From Bacteroidales bacterium (GTDB lineage: Bacteria > Bacteroidota > Bacteroidia > Bacteroidales > UBA3824), in the NCBI GenBank assembly GCA_017535325.1, contig JAFXUC010000080.1, forward strand, positions 1,213-65,212: 64,000 nucleotides of DNA. The letters run 5' to 3'. The notes under the pieces were generated by a model, which was given only the letters and a program-made list of their open reading frames with translations, did not search any database and had not been told where the DNA came from. Of the stretch, positions 37,125-47,428 are shown in pieces; positions within the stretch are counted from its first letter, which is position 1, and the number at the start of each line of letters is the position of its first letter. The position numbers and the translations under genes were made by a program.

Positions 37125-38102
37125 ATGTCAAAAGTATTAGACAGGATAAAATCACCGATAGAAAACGAGTTGAAAGAGTTCAAACCGTATTTTAAGGAGT
37201 TGATGCACTCCAAAACGCGGCTTTTGAACTTTATTATCAATTACAGCCTCAAAACCAAGGGCAAGCAGATGAGGCCGATGCTCGTGTTTCTTTCCTGCAA
37301 AATGCTCGGAAAAGTCTCCGAGACCACAATGGTTGCCGCCTCGTTGATAGAGTTGCTCCATACGGCTACATTGGTTCATGACGATGTTGTTGACGAAAGT
37401 TTTTACAGGCGCGGTTTTTTCTCTATTTTCGCGCTTTGGAAGGCAAAAATCGCAGTTTTGACCGGCGATTATTTCTTGGCGCAGGGACTTCTTCTCTGCC
37501 TTAAAAAAAATCAGACGGAGGTTTTAAAAATAGTTTCAAACGCTGTAAAAGAAATGTCGGAAGGTGAACTCGAACAGTTGGAAAAAGCCAACCGCTTGAA
37601 TATCACCGAAGAAGATTATTATACTATAATTCGCAAAAAAACCGGTGCACTGATTTCGGCGTGTTGCGAGGCCGGTGCGTTTTCTTCCGGAGCCTCTGAG
37701 GAAGACGTTGCGGTTTTAAGGGAGTTCGGACTTCTAATCGGTACGGCTTTTCAGATAAAGGACGACTTATTTGATTATCAGAAAACGGGACTTATCGGCA
37801 AACCTAAATACAACGACATTCAGGAGAGAAAAATGACTTTGCCGGTGATTTATTCGTTTTCAAAGGCGTCGCTGACGGAGAGAAAAAAGATAACCTCAAT
37901 TTTTAGAAAACGCTCCAAAAGTCACGAAGATATTGAAAAAATCGTGGAGTTCGTAAAAAAATCAGGCGGAATTGATTATGCAAATGACAAGATGTATTCG
38001 TTTCATAATCAGGCTGTTAAACTTTTGGAAAAATTTCCTAATTCAGAGGCTAAAACTTCACTTTTGCTTTTAGCGGATTATATTGTAAAAAGGGATAAAT
38101 AA
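37125..38102 (+). CDS. ispB: polyprenyl diphosphate synthase (octaprenyl-type)
   Basis: First DDxxD LVHDDVVDES and second FQIKDDLFD. TAaaTTTG box at 37092..37099. Confidence 0.85.
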   Translation: MSKVLDRIKSPIENELKEFKPYFKELMHSKTRLLNFIINYSLKTKGKQMRPMLVFLSCKMLGKVSETTMVAASLIELLHTATLVHDDVVDESFYRRGFFSIFALWKAKIAVLTGDYFLAQGLLLCLKKNQTEVLKIVSNAVKEMSEGELEQLEKANRLNITEEDYYTIIRKKTGALISACCEAGAFSSGASEEDVAVLREFGLLIGTAFQIKDDLFDYQKTGLIGKPKYNDIQERKMTLPVIYSFSKASLTERKKITSIFRKRSKSHEDIEKIVEFVKKSGGIDYANDKMYSFHNQAVKLLEKFPNSEAKTSLLLLADYIVKRDK

Positions 38103-38135
38103 TCTGATTGTTAACATAAAAAAATTTTTTTAGAC

Positions 38136-38735
38136 ATGAAAAAAGCATTATCTTTTTGGATTTTTGCGGTTTTAGCGGTTTCGCTTTTGGCAGGCTGTTC
38201 CGTTTTGCAGAGCGCAAACTCGCTTAAAAGTTGCAAATTTGCGATGAAAAACGTTACCGACGTTTCCGTTGCGGGAATTAACCTTTCTAACAAGGCAAGT
38301 TTTAAGGACGTTTCCGCTGCTGACGTTATAAAACTCGGTGCGGCGTATCTTACAAAAAGTTTTCCTTTGACGATGAATGTCAACGTCAACGTTACTAATC
38401 CTAATCCTACGACTGCAAGGCTTGCGGGTTTGGAGTATATTCTTTGGATTGACGACGTAAAAATGACCGCAGGAAGCATGACACAAAGCCTTACGGTGGC
38501 TCAAAACGAAACCGCCGTTATGCCGCTGAGTTTTTCGCTTGACCTTTTGGAAATTCTTAAAGGCGAAAGTAAGGATAAGATTTTGAGTTTCGGCTGCGGT
38601 TTGGCGACAGGAAATCCCGATGTCAGCCGTGTAAAAGTATCTTTTAAACCGTCTTTCAACGTCGGCGGCTCAATAGTGAAATGGCCGACTTACATAACAA
38701 TCGGCGGCAACAAACTGATGCCTTCAACCAATTAA
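38136..38735 (+). CDS. LEA-2/WHy-like lipoprotein
   Basis: Lipobox LLAGC. MNVNVNVTNPNP...LEYILWIDDVKM pattern of LEA14-like domains. Bidirectional terminator CGGTGTA/TACACCG at 38751..38769. Confidence 0.55.
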   Translation: MKKALSFWIFAVLAVSLLAGCSVLQSANSLKSCKFAMKNVTDVSVAGINLSNKASFKDVSAADVIKLGAAYLTKSFPLTMNVNVNVTNPNPTTARLAGLEYILWIDDVKMTAGSMTQSLTVAQNETAVMPLSFSLDLLEILKGESKDKILSFGCGLATGNPDVSRVKVSFKPSFNVGGSIVKWPTYITIGGNKLMPSTN

Positions 38736-38773
38736 AAAAGAAATAAAAAACGGTGTATTTTTTACACCGTTTT

Positions 38774-39031
38774 TTATTTTTTCTTATCCCAATATCCTTC
38801 GTTTACGCGCTTTATGATTTCCTCAACAGAGAGAAATGAGTTCGGCAAAACGTTAACTGGTATCGGTTTTTTACATTCTTTGCTGGCGATAAAGCGTTTA
38901 CATTCTGTGTGTCTTTCGCGTGTACAGTAAAGGTTTTTGTACGAATCGCCTGTGAGTTTGTTAATCAAAATGCCTTCCTGAAAGATGGGACATTTTGCGA
39001 CCTTCGGACATATATTTGTATTTTCTTCCAT
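38774..39031 (-). CDS. small Cys-rich hypothetical protein
   Basis: 85 aa. Cysteines in ICPKVAKCPIF...LYCTRERHTECKRF...KECKK. No family recognised. Confidence 0.45.
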   Translation of the reverse strand: MEENTNICPKVAKCPIFQEGILINKLTGDSYKNLYCTRERHTECKRFIASKECKKPIPVNVLPNSFLSVEEIIKRVNEGYWDKKK

Positions 39032-39108
39032 CGTATTTTAATTTTATATTAACGGTGCTAATATAAAACAAAATATTTTCTTAACAAAAGAAAATTCCTA
39101 AAAAAACA

Positions 39109-39768
39109 TTAATTTGTTTCGTTTTTGTCTTTTGCCAACTCTTTTATTTCAAATCTTTTTTGGAAAATCAGCATAAGAGCCACGCCGACGGTTACGGCAG
39201 AGTCTGCAATGTTGAAAACAGGGGAGAAGAAGACGAAGTTTTTTCCGCCCCAAAACGGTACCCAGTCAGGCAAAACGGTGTCAATCATCGGAAAATACAG
39301 CATGTCAACTACTTTTCCCTGTAAAAAGGGAGCATAACCGCCGCCTGCGGGCATAAATTCAGCCACGGTGTTAGCGGCGTAACCTGTGGAAGAGAAAATC
39401 ACGCCGTAAAACATACAGTCAATCATGTTTCCGATTGCGCCCGCCAAAATCAGTGAGCCGCAGACTATTAATCCCGTTTTCGGCTGTTTGTATTTTATTA
39501 GCCAGCGGATTAGATAAATCATGCCGCCGATAGCGAGGATTCTGAAAACCGAAAGGAAAATTTTTCCCCATGCGCCGGGCAGTCCCCAACCGAAAGCCAT
39601 TCCGGGATTTTCCGTAAACGCCAACTGAAACCACTGCATCGGCCAGCCCCAGTGTTGATAACTGCTTTCGCCTATAAACATGTGGGTTTTTACCCAGATT
39701 TTTACGATTTGGTCAACAATGACAACCGCAAGTATGATAAAAACAGATTTTTTTGCTAATGAATTCAT
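39109..39768 (-). CDS. lspA: lipoprotein signal peptidase II
   Basis: VIVDQIVK, ENPGMAFGW, VFNIADSAVTVG. Start moved to MNSLAKK (39768), so it does not overlap the phosphatase gene. Confidence 0.85.
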   Translation of the reverse strand: MNSLAKKSVFIILAVVIVDQIVKIWVKTHMFIGESSYQHWGWPMQWFQLAFTENPGMAFGWGLPGAWGKIFLSVFRILAIGGMIYLIRWLIKYKQPKTGLIVCGSLILAGAIGNMIDCMFYGVIFSSTGYAANTVAEFMPAGGGYAPFLQGKVVDMLYFPMIDTVLPDWVPFWGGKNFVFFSPVFNIADSAVTVGVALMLIFQKRFEIKELAKDKNETN

Positions 39769-39803
39769 TTTTTCTAAATTTTGGGCAAAGTTAAAAAAAA
39801 ATT

Positions 39804-40946
39804 CTAAATTCTGTACCCTCCGATTAAAATATCGTCCATTTGCGCAAAACTTCCGCGCCACGAGGTTATAAATTCAAGCAGTTTTTCCTGTTGTTTTTCT
39901 GGCTCCTGCGTTTCGTTGTTGATTTCTATTAAAAGGTTTTTGAAACGGCCGTAACTTACTTTTTTGCCCGTCTCGCCGTTAAACTGGTCGGCAAAACCGT
40001 CAGAAAACATATAAATAAAGTCCCCGTCTTCCGCTTGAAATTCCTGAGTTTCAAACGGTTTCATTCTCGGATACAGTCCTATCGGATTTTTTACCGCCTT
40101 GTATTCCGTAAGTTCGCCTTTTCTGACAAGGTACATGGGATTGTTTGCGCCTGAAAATTTCAAGTGCTTGGTTTTTAAGTTCAAAATGCAAAACGACATA
40201 TCCATTCCGTCTTTGGGTTCAAGAGGGGAGGAGTTGTCCTGTTTTAGGGTCGTGATGATAAGTTCGCGCATGGTTTCGAGAATTTCCGACGGCATGGTCT
40301 CTTCGTTCAAATCCGTGCAGACCTCGTTTAAGAAAGTTACGCCGAGCATGCTCATAAACGCGCCCGGAACGCCGTGTCCCGTGCAGTCGGCAACCGTAAA
40401 GGCAAGCAGGTCGCCTTGACGCTTCATCCAGTAAAAGTCGCCCGAAACCGTCTCTTTCGGCAGCCAGAACAGAAAATAACCGCTCAGACCTTTTAAAACG
40501 TCTGTCTGAGGCAAAACAGCGTCCTGAATCCTTTTGGCATACGTTATTGAGTCGGTGATGTTGCGGTGCTTGTTTTCGATGTCGTTTTTTAGAAGTTGAA
40601 TGTGGTTTTTCTCCTTCTGAATCAAAAGCGACATTTCCCACAACTTTTTGTTTTTCAAGACGATTTCTTCTTTGTCCTGTTCAAGTTTTTTTTGCTCCAA
40701 AATAAAATTATCGGGCAATTTTTTTATGTCTCTCTGACTTTGTGCTGTCGGAGTTTGCGTTTCTTTTTTTTCTTGTAAAAGATAATTCAAACGGTCTATA
40801 TCTGATTCAAAATTTTTTATCTCGCTTTTGTATCTGTCTTTTATTTTTTCACTTGCGCGCGCAATTCTGCGGCTCATGGTAACTTGCATAATTACAACGA
40901 GTATGGCTAAAACTGCTGTCAAACATATAAATACAATTGTTAACAT
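39804..40946 (-). CDS. membrane-anchored coiled-coil SpoIIE/PP2C phosphatase
   Basis: N-terminal TM LTIVFICLTAVLAILVVIMQV, a coiled coil, then SGDFYWM...VADCTGHGVPGAFMSMLG...DGMDMSF...FSDGF...DDILIGG. Paralogous to the C-terminal half of 21990..23984. Start is ATG 40946 or TTG 40967. Confidence 0.85.
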   Translation of the reverse strand: MLTIVFICLTAVLAILVVIMQVTMSRRIARASEKIKDRYKSEIKNFESDIDRLNYLLQEKKETQTPTAQSQRDIKKLPDNFILEQKKLEQDKEEIVLKNKKLWEMSLLIQKEKNHIQLLKNDIENKHRNITDSITYAKRIQDAVLPQTDVLKGLSGYFLFWLPKETVSGDFYWMKRQGDLLAFTVADCTGHGVPGAFMSMLGVTFLNEVCTDLNEETMPSEILETMRELIITTLKQDNSSPLEPKDGMDMSFCILNLKTKHLKFSGANNPMYLVRKGELTEYKAVKNPIGLYPRMKPFETQEFQAEDGDFIYMFSDGFADQFNGETGKKVSYGRFKNLLIEINNETQEPEKQQEKLLEFITSWRGSFAQMDDILIGGYRI

Positions 40947-40979
40947 AATGATTATTTTTGTAAACAATAATTTTCTTCG

Positions 40980-43900
40980 TTAAAACTCCTCTCCTAAGAA
41001 TACTTTTAGTTTTTGATCGTTCAAAAACATGATACCGTCAGCACTTTTTACTTTCTGCATATATTTTTGAATGTCCATATAAAAATATCTCAGGGCATTG
41101 TCTGCGGTCAAAACATACAGAATATCATCTGAGGCATATCCCATGCAAACTACCGGTTGACGGTTCAATGAATGTTGCTCTATTACAAGACGTTTTGCGG
41201 CATCGTCTCTGGTGTTGATGATTGTTATACGGTTGTCAACTCCCGAAACTGCTAACAATCCGGAATGTATATTATAAACAACATTTTGTAAACCTGAATA
41301 ACTGCCTGCTATTTTTTCTGCTTGTGTATCGCTCTTAGTATCAACTACTTGGATTTCTCCGTTATCAAAACATATCGCAAGTTGACGTTTGTTCGGAATT
41401 GTAACCATATTGGTAGCCTTACTGCCTGATTGTGAGAACACTGTCTTCTGTGTGCCGTTTTTGATATTCCATTTTATTAAAGAACCTTTGTCAGTAAGTA
41501 TATACACTTCGGAATTATTCAATGCACAATTTACATCTGACAACTTTGTCTTTAAATTTATGCTCTTAATTACGTGAGAATCAGGGTCAGTATAGTTTAA
41601 GACTACAACTTTTCCCATTTCGTAGGCCAACACCAAAAGTTTTTTATCAGTTGAAACTGATGCTGCTTTTATGTAGTCGCCTTGTGAAGCCAACTTTACT
41701 TTTTCGCCGGTTTTGGTGTTAACGTAATACGTGTTTTTGTCGGAAGTGGAATAGACGAGATTTTCCGCGTCTGCAAAGCAAGCCTTTCTGACAGAAAATC
41801 TGCTGTCTTCGCCTTTGCTGATTTTTGTTTCTTTTGTTTTTTCTTTATCTAATTTGTAACCAATGATTTGTCCCTTCTCAGTTAAACAAATGATTTGATT
41901 GTCTTCATCGATGGCAAAACCCATTATTTTCTGAGAAGTGGTTTTCATTGGTTGCAAGAGATTGTTCTCTTCGAGGGCAAAAAGCACCGCATCGTAAAAT
42001 TCCGGCGTGTTTTCTGACTGATCGTTGAGGTTGTAGTAACTGTCAGCGGTCAAAATCAGGTTAAGGTTCATTTTTTTGTCCTTGTACTGGTTTTTGGCTT
42101 TCATGGCGAGCATGTTTGCCTTAGCCAAATTGTTGATTTCGTCCTTTTCGCGCTGAACTCGGTCGTTTTCTTCGATTTTGCCTTTCAACGAATCGCCCAA
42201 AGCATCGGAAATAAGTTTTTGTTCCAGCATTTTTTGATAGTTGGAATCCGCCCTGAGACGCTCCTCAACGGCAGTGCGGCGGTTTTTTTCTGCGATATAA
42301 CTTGCGTATTCGGCTTTTTTCTGCGCTTCAAGTGCTTGTAATGCCCTTAATTCAGCCGTGTCGCGTTGTTGAGAGGCAATTTCGTTGGCTCTTTCGGCGG
42401 CTTTTTGCTGTTCAACGGCGATTGCTTGCTGGTCTTGTGCGTATTTCTTTTGCTTTTCGGCTTCTACTTTTTGCTCCTCGGCGTTGTTTTTTTCCTGCAA
42501 CGCCCAATACGTAAAGCCTGACAAACTTGCGATAAAAATCAGCAAACCGTAAATTAGAAAATGTATTCTGCGTTTTGTTGCCTTTGCCTTTGTCTGAATA
42601 GCCACAAACGAGGATTCAAGAAAGTCAACGTAGTTTTCATAACGGAACTGCGCATTTTTTAACTTTTGTCTTGCAGGCAGTTTTGAACTGTCGTATTTAA
42701 CAAACAGATAAGGGTTTGGGTTACTTCTATTAAACCATTGGTTGAAGTAAGTGTAGTTTCCCGTATTTAACAGATACGACGGATTTTTCTCGCTTTTTAT
42801 CCAGAGTTGCATTTGAGAATTAAAGTCTTGATAATCCTTCATGTCTGCTGCTTCTTGTGTGTCCCATTCCGAAAGCATTTTCCAGTTTCTTATTAACGCT
42901 TCGTGCGTAACGTCCAAAACTGTATCGCCCGAAAGATATTGAGTTTCGGTTTTTTCGGGGTCAAGAAACGGCTTTATAAGCGAGTTGTCCGGAGTACGGA
43001 AAATGTTGATTACACCGCATACAGTGGCGTTTGTAACGTTTTCACGGTTGATAATTCCAGTGATTTCGCTCAACGTGCAACGGTTTCTTACCGGGCGGTT
43101 GTTGTCAACTTTTGTCAAAGATTTAAAAACGATTTCGATAATTTCTTTTGACTCGCCAACCGAAATGTTTTTTTCTGCCCAATCAGAATTTTCGATGAAA
43201 TAATCGTAAGCCGATTCGTACAAAATGCCCGCGTGAGCGTTCAAAACGTTGTTCAAATCGGTTTTTTCGTAGTATTTTTTCTGATATTCGGGCAGATTGT
43301 TGAACCAACGGTCAAATTCGCCTTTGTCGTCAGGACTTAAAACTTCACTTGAAATACCCGCTATTTTTGCTAAGTGAATCAAGTCCATAACATCTTCACC
43401 ATTGTTGGCAATCCTCCACAAAAGATTGAGTGCGTGCTGCAAAACAGGCAACTGGTCAAAACCCGAATTAAGGTTGTTGATGATAACCTCTGTTAAGCGT
43501 GAAGACACTTTTCCGCCCGCTAAAATAGCCGGCTCTTCTATAACTTGACGAATTTCGGTGCGTTTTAACTGCGGGACAAAAAACTGCGAATAAGCGATAT
43601 ATTCGGGCAGGTTTTTAAAGACTGTGCATTGCGAGATAAAGTCGCTTCGCATCGTAAAAATCACGTAAACAGGCAGTTTCTCCGTTATGGAAATTCTAAT
43701 TGTTTCCAAAAGTAAATTTATTGCTGTATACGATTCGTCAGAGGGACGGCCCTGATTGAAGTTTTCGATGTTTGTGAAAACTTCCTCAAATTGGTCAGCA
43801 ATGATTAAAAGGTTTTTGCCTGAATTAGAATCTTTTGTGTAGCATTTTGATGATTTATAGAGGTCTGTCAGTGCTGAAAAACCTTCTTTCAGTTGGTTCA

Positions 43901-44219
43901 TGCAGACGCTTTCATCGCAGTCTATTTGTTCAGCGAAAGCATTGGAAAGGCTTTCTAACGGATTTTTTTGCGGTTTGAAATCAGCGATTATCCAATTGTT
44001 GAATTGCGCTTTGAAAAAACCCACACGGATATAAGGAACGACACCGGCGTAAACCATACTTGATTTGCCGTCGCCGGAAGCACCGGTGATAAACGCCATT
44101 TTGTTTTCTTCTAACAGTTTGACGATTTGCCGTATGTGCAAATCTCGCCCTTTGAAGAAAATACTTTCCTCTTCTGTAAACGGTCTTAACCCCGGATATG
44201 GACAAACCCGCGCTGTCAT
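40980..44219 (-). CDS. STAND-type P-loop NTPase - TM helix - coiled coil - beta-propeller-like repeat protein
   Basis: CPYPGLRPFTEEESIFFKGRD, Walker A GASGDGKSS, Walker B LLIIADQFEEVF. Single TM FLIYGLLIFIASLSGFTYWAL (encoded around 42500..42565). Q/A/E/K-rich coiled coil. C-terminal ~350 aa made of ~40-aa beta-strand repeats. Confidence 0.8.
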   Translation of the reverse strand: MTARVCPYPGLRPFTEEESIFFKGRDLHIRQIVKLLEENKMAFITGASGDGKSSMVYAGVVPYIRVGFFKAQFNNWIIADFKPQKNPLESLSNAFAEQIDCDESVCMNQLKEGFSALTDLYKSSKCYTKDSNSGKNLLIIADQFEEVFTNIENFNQGRPSDESYTAINLLLETIRISITEKLPVYVIFTMRSDFISQCTVFKNLPEYIAYSQFFVPQLKRTEIRQVIEEPAILAGGKVSSRLTEVIINNLNSGFDQLPVLQHALNLLWRIANNGEDVMDLIHLAKIAGISSEVLSPDDKGEFDRWFNNLPEYQKKYYEKTDLNNVLNAHAGILYESAYDYFIENSDWAEKNISVGESKEIIEIVFKSLTKVDNNRPVRNRCTLSEITGIINRENVTNATVCGVINIFRTPDNSLIKPFLDPEKTETQYLSGDTVLDVTHEALIRNWKMLSEWDTQEAADMKDYQDFNSQMQLWIKSEKNPSYLLNTGNYTYFNQWFNRSNPNPYLFVKYDSSKLPARQKLKNAQFRYENYVDFLESSFVAIQTKAKATKRRIHFLIYGLLIFIASLSGFTYWALQEKNNAEEQKVEAEKQKKYAQDQQAIAVEQQKAAERANEIASQQRDTAELRALQALEAQKKAEYASYIAEKNRRTAVEERLRADSNYQKMLEQKLISDALGDSLKGKIEENDRVQREKDEINNLAKANMLAMKAKNQYKDKKMNLNLILTADSYYNLNDQSENTPEFYDAVLFALEENNLLQPMKTTSQKIMGFAIDEDNQIICLTEKGQIIGYKLDKEKTKETKISKGEDSRFSVRKACFADAENLVYSTSDKNTYYVNTKTGEKVKLASQGDYIKAASVSTDKKLLVLAYEMGKVVVLNYTDPDSHVIKSINLKTKLSDVNCALNNSEVYILTDKGSLIKWNIKNGTQKTVFSQSGSKATNMVTIPNKRQLAICFDNGEIQVVDTKSDTQAEKIAGSYSGLQNVVYNIHSGLLAVSGVDNRITIINTRDDAAKRLVIEQHSLNRQPVVCMGYASDDILYVLTADNALRYFYMDIQKYMQKVKSADGIMFLNDQKLKVFLGEEF

Positions 44220-44367
44220 AATTTAATTTTTTTTGATTTTCCTTTGAATTTTGTAGTTTTAAGTTGACATTATCAAAAAAAATGCCAAAAAATTTCCGAT
44301 TAATATAATCCCCGTTTGCAAACACGATGTAAAATTTGTAAATTTGCGACAGAAAATAATAAAAATT

Positions 44368-45039
44368 ATGCAAAACAAGATAATAAAAACCGCCGTATTG
44401 CTTCTTGTTGCAATAGCGTGCATTGCGGGCTGCCGGAAATGCTCCGAAATAGAAGACCGTCCGCTGACATATTTGGACTCTCTGCCCGTCTTGACAGAAA
44501 CGGCGCAGATTTTGGACGCGGTAAGCAGCCGTCATGAAAAAATCTATCTTATTGAAAACTACCGTTTTGAAAAGGCGAAAACTTTCAAAAACCCGTCAAC
44601 GCTCAGTCTTGTGGAAGGCGAGTTTGTCTATTACGGCATCACTGAGCAAATCAACGACGATATGCACCATACTTTCACAAAGTACGGTCGGCTGTTTTTT
44701 AGCGAAAATATTGAACTTCTCGGCTTTTACAACTCCCGCGTGCGGGGCTGTCCGAGCAAAAAAGACATGCGCGCTGTTTCTACCCGTACTCACAAAAAAG
44801 ATGAGGTAGACTGGTTTGTAAGTCCGGACGCCAAATTTACTTTTGTGGCAAAACTCGGCGCAAACAAAGCCGAACTCACCGGTTATGACGGCGAAAGGGT
44901 GATTGTTTCAGGCGGCGACAGAGAAACTCTTGCCGAGGCCTCGATGGCTCATCTCTGGTGGTTTAATATGAAGTACGTCCTCATATTAATAGTCGTTGTG
45001 ATTGTTTGCATAATCGGAGTTATCTGGACAAGCGATTAA
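44368..45039 (+). CDS. hypothetical lipoprotein with a C-terminal TM helix
   Basis: ATG 44368 is preceded by a TAaaTTTG box (44339..44346). Lipobox IAGC. C-terminal YVLILIVVVIVCIIGVIW. Confidence 0.55.
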   Translation: MQNKIIKTAVLLLVAIACIAGCRKCSEIEDRPLTYLDSLPVLTETAQILDAVSSRHEKIYLIENYRFEKAKTFKNPSTLSLVEGEFVYYGITEQINDDMHHTFTKYGRLFFSENIELLGFYNSRVRGCPSKKDMRAVSTRTHKKDEVDWFVSPDAKFTFVAKLGANKAELTGYDGERVIVSGGDRETLAEASMAHLWWFNMKYVLILIVVVIVCIIGVIWTSD

Positions 45040-45064
45040 TAATCTTAAAAAAACTATAAGAACC

Positions 45065-45910
45065 ATGAAAAAACTGTTATTGATTTCAGCGTTTTCGGCG
45101 GCGGTTTTCAGCGGCGTTGACGCGCAGACTCTCGACGGACAATGGACTGACGGTATCGTTACTTATTACGCCAAAAAAACCGGCAGCGATTATCTTTTTG
45201 ACGGCTTTTTGGGTGAAGACCGCAGTTTTACAATTTCAAAAACCGCTCAAAACAAGTTCGTCATAAAAAAAGAAAGCGAAGAGGAATACTATTCTCTCGG
45301 CAAAAACGGCAGCACAGTCAAGTACCTGACTATTACCGAAAGTTCTGGCAGAAAAGCCGAAATTTTGGCAAGTTACGGCACCGGCAACCAACTTTTTTAT
45401 GCGATTGAGAAGGATTTGACACAGAATGACAATTTTTACGAGTCGGGCATTGAGTATATGTTTGAAAACGTAATCGGCGGCGGTTTTGAAGTCCTTTATG
45501 ACGAGTACGGCTCAAATCATCACGCAGTGTTGAGAATTTCTGACAAAATTTACATCTTGAAGACAACTTCCGACGGCGTAACACTTTACAACACCAAAAA
45601 AGAAAACATTATGTACGAGCCGACCACTGTTTTCAAAACTATAAAATATACCGATTCAGGACAGGGCTGGTGGCCTAAGACCTCGAAAATTGTTCTCTCT
45701 GTCAGCATTTTGAGCCTTTTTGACAAGTCTCAGTTGCGGCTTATGCGCAATGAGATTTATGCGCGGCACGGCTGGCAGTTTTCGTCAGAAGACTTGAAAA
45801 GCCATTTTTCCAAGTTTTCGTGGTACAAACCTTCGGGAAACAATTCAACAATAAAACTTTCTGATTTGGAACAGTTTAACGTCGATTTGATTAAAGCAAT
45901 GGAAAAATAA
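45065..45910 (+). CDS. secreted YARHG-domain protein
   Basis: C-terminal LRLMRNEIYARHGWQF. Signal peptide. Terminator ACGCTCCG/CGGGGCGT plus T-run at 45935..45966. Confidence 0.75.
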   Translation: MKKLLLISAFSAAVFSGVDAQTLDGQWTDGIVTYYAKKTGSDYLFDGFLGEDRSFTISKTAQNKFVIKKESEEEYYSLGKNGSTVKYLTITESSGRKAEILASYGTGNQLFYAIEKDLTQNDNFYESGIEYMFENVIGGGFEVLYDEYGSNHHAVLRISDKIYILKTTSDGVTLYNTKKENIMYEPTTVFKTIKYTDSGQGWWPKTSKIVLSVSILSLFDKSQLRLMRNEIYARHGWQFSSEDLKSHFSKFSWYKPSGNNSTIKLSDLEQFNVDLIKAMEK

Positions 45911-46049
45911 TCCAGTCAAAATTAAAATCTAAAAACGCTCCGATTTGTTTCGGGGCGTTTTTTTTATGCAATAGTGCAATTTTTTACCTGCTGATTATGT
46001 CAAATATATGTATTATTTTTGCGCTGCAAAACAAGACTGACAATAAAAA

Positions 46050-47393
46050 ATGAGAACACTGATTATCACATCGTTAATAATTTTTTCAGCATTTTCGGTT
46101 AAGGCGCAGAGCCATGTAAAAACCGGTTGGACGTTTGGCGTATTGCCGTCGGTGGCATACGATGCCGATTTGGGTTTTCAATACGGCGCACTCACCAACA
46201 TTTACTATCACGGCGACGGCTCGCATTATCCTGAATATCTTCATTCTATCTATACCGAAGCCTCTTACACCACAAAACACAACGGGTTAATCAGACTGAA
46301 TTTTGACAGCCGTGCCGTTTTGCCTGGTTATCGTCTCAGCCTTGATATATCGTATATTCCCGACGAAATGAGCGATTTTGCAGGTTTTAACGGTTATCAG
46401 GCGGTATACAACGACGATTGGCGCAACGACGAATCCTCTGATTATCTGTCCCGCGCATTTTACAAATACCGCCGAAATATGTTTCGCGCCGCTGCTGACA
46501 TTCAAGGCTCTGTAACAGAGAAACTTAAATGGAACGCAGGGTTAGGCGTTCTAAGTTTTAATGTCGGCAGCGTTGACATCAACAAACTTAATAGGGGAGA
46601 GGACGAGAACAACAAACTGCCTGATATTGAATGTCTTTACGACAAATACTTTAAATGGGGATTAATTTCTGACAAGGAAATTAGCGGCGGAAGTTTTCCT
46701 TTTATCCACGCCGGAGCAACATTTGACACGCGCAATATGTCGGCAGCACCGTCAAAAGGCATTTGGGCAGACGCATTTTTAACTTATTCAGCGGCATTTG
46801 GCGACAAATCGGAGTTCAACAGTTTGAAATTAAACGCTAATTTCCGTCAGTACATTTCGCTCGGTACACCAAAAGCCGTTTTAGCCTATCGCATTGGAAC
46901 ACAGTTGACTTTGGCAGGTTCAACGCCGTTTTATATGCTCTGTTACCACAACAATTTGGTTTTGAAACGCGCAGTGTACGAAAGTTTGGGCGGGTCAAGT
47001 TCTTTGCGCGGCATAATGCGCAGCAGGATTTTGTCAAACGGTTTTTTGCTTGCAAATGTTGAAATGCGCCTTCGCATTGTTAGTTTTGACATCGGAACGC
47101 AGCATTTTTACATAGCGTCCAATCCGTTTGTAGATGCCGGAATAGTGGTTCAACCCGCTGACATAGACGAAGATAATTTAGCACTTGCGACTGTCCTCAC
47201 CGGCGACAATGCTGCCAATTATTTCGACTTTGGCAAATCAAACATTTACCGTCCGCATGTTTCAGGCGGCGTGGGATTAAAAATTGCCATGAACGAAAAC
47301 TTTATTTTGTCAATCGACTGGGCAACCCCGTTCAACACTCAGGATTCAGGCAAAAAGTCAAATCTTTATATCAAAATGGGGTATTTGTTTTGA
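46050..47393 (+). CDS. Omp85/surface-antigen-family outer-membrane beta-barrel
   Basis: Signal peptide, alternating beta-strand pattern, GGSSSLRG motif, terminal aromatic ...MGYLF. TAttTTTG box at 46014..46021. Confidence 0.65.
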   Translation: MRTLIITSLIIFSAFSVKAQSHVKTGWTFGVLPSVAYDADLGFQYGALTNIYYHGDGSHYPEYLHSIYTEASYTTKHNGLIRLNFDSRAVLPGYRLSLDISYIPDEMSDFAGFNGYQAVYNDDWRNDESSDYLSRAFYKYRRNMFRAAADIQGSVTEKLKWNAGLGVLSFNVGSVDINKLNRGEDENNKLPDIECLYDKYFKWGLISDKEISGGSFPFIHAGATFDTRNMSAAPSKGIWADAFLTYSAAFGDKSEFNSLKLNANFRQYISLGTPKAVLAYRIGTQLTLAGSTPFYMLCYHNNLVLKRAVYESLGGSSSLRGIMRSRILSNGFLLANVEMRLRIVSFDIGTQHFYIASNPFVDAGIVVQPADIDEDNLALATVLTGDNAANYFDFGKSNIYRPHVSGGVGLKIAMNENFILSIDWATPFNTQDSGKKSNLYIKMGYLF

Positions 47394-47428
47394 AAATTTT
47401 TACATACAGAACAATGGAATAAAGAAAA

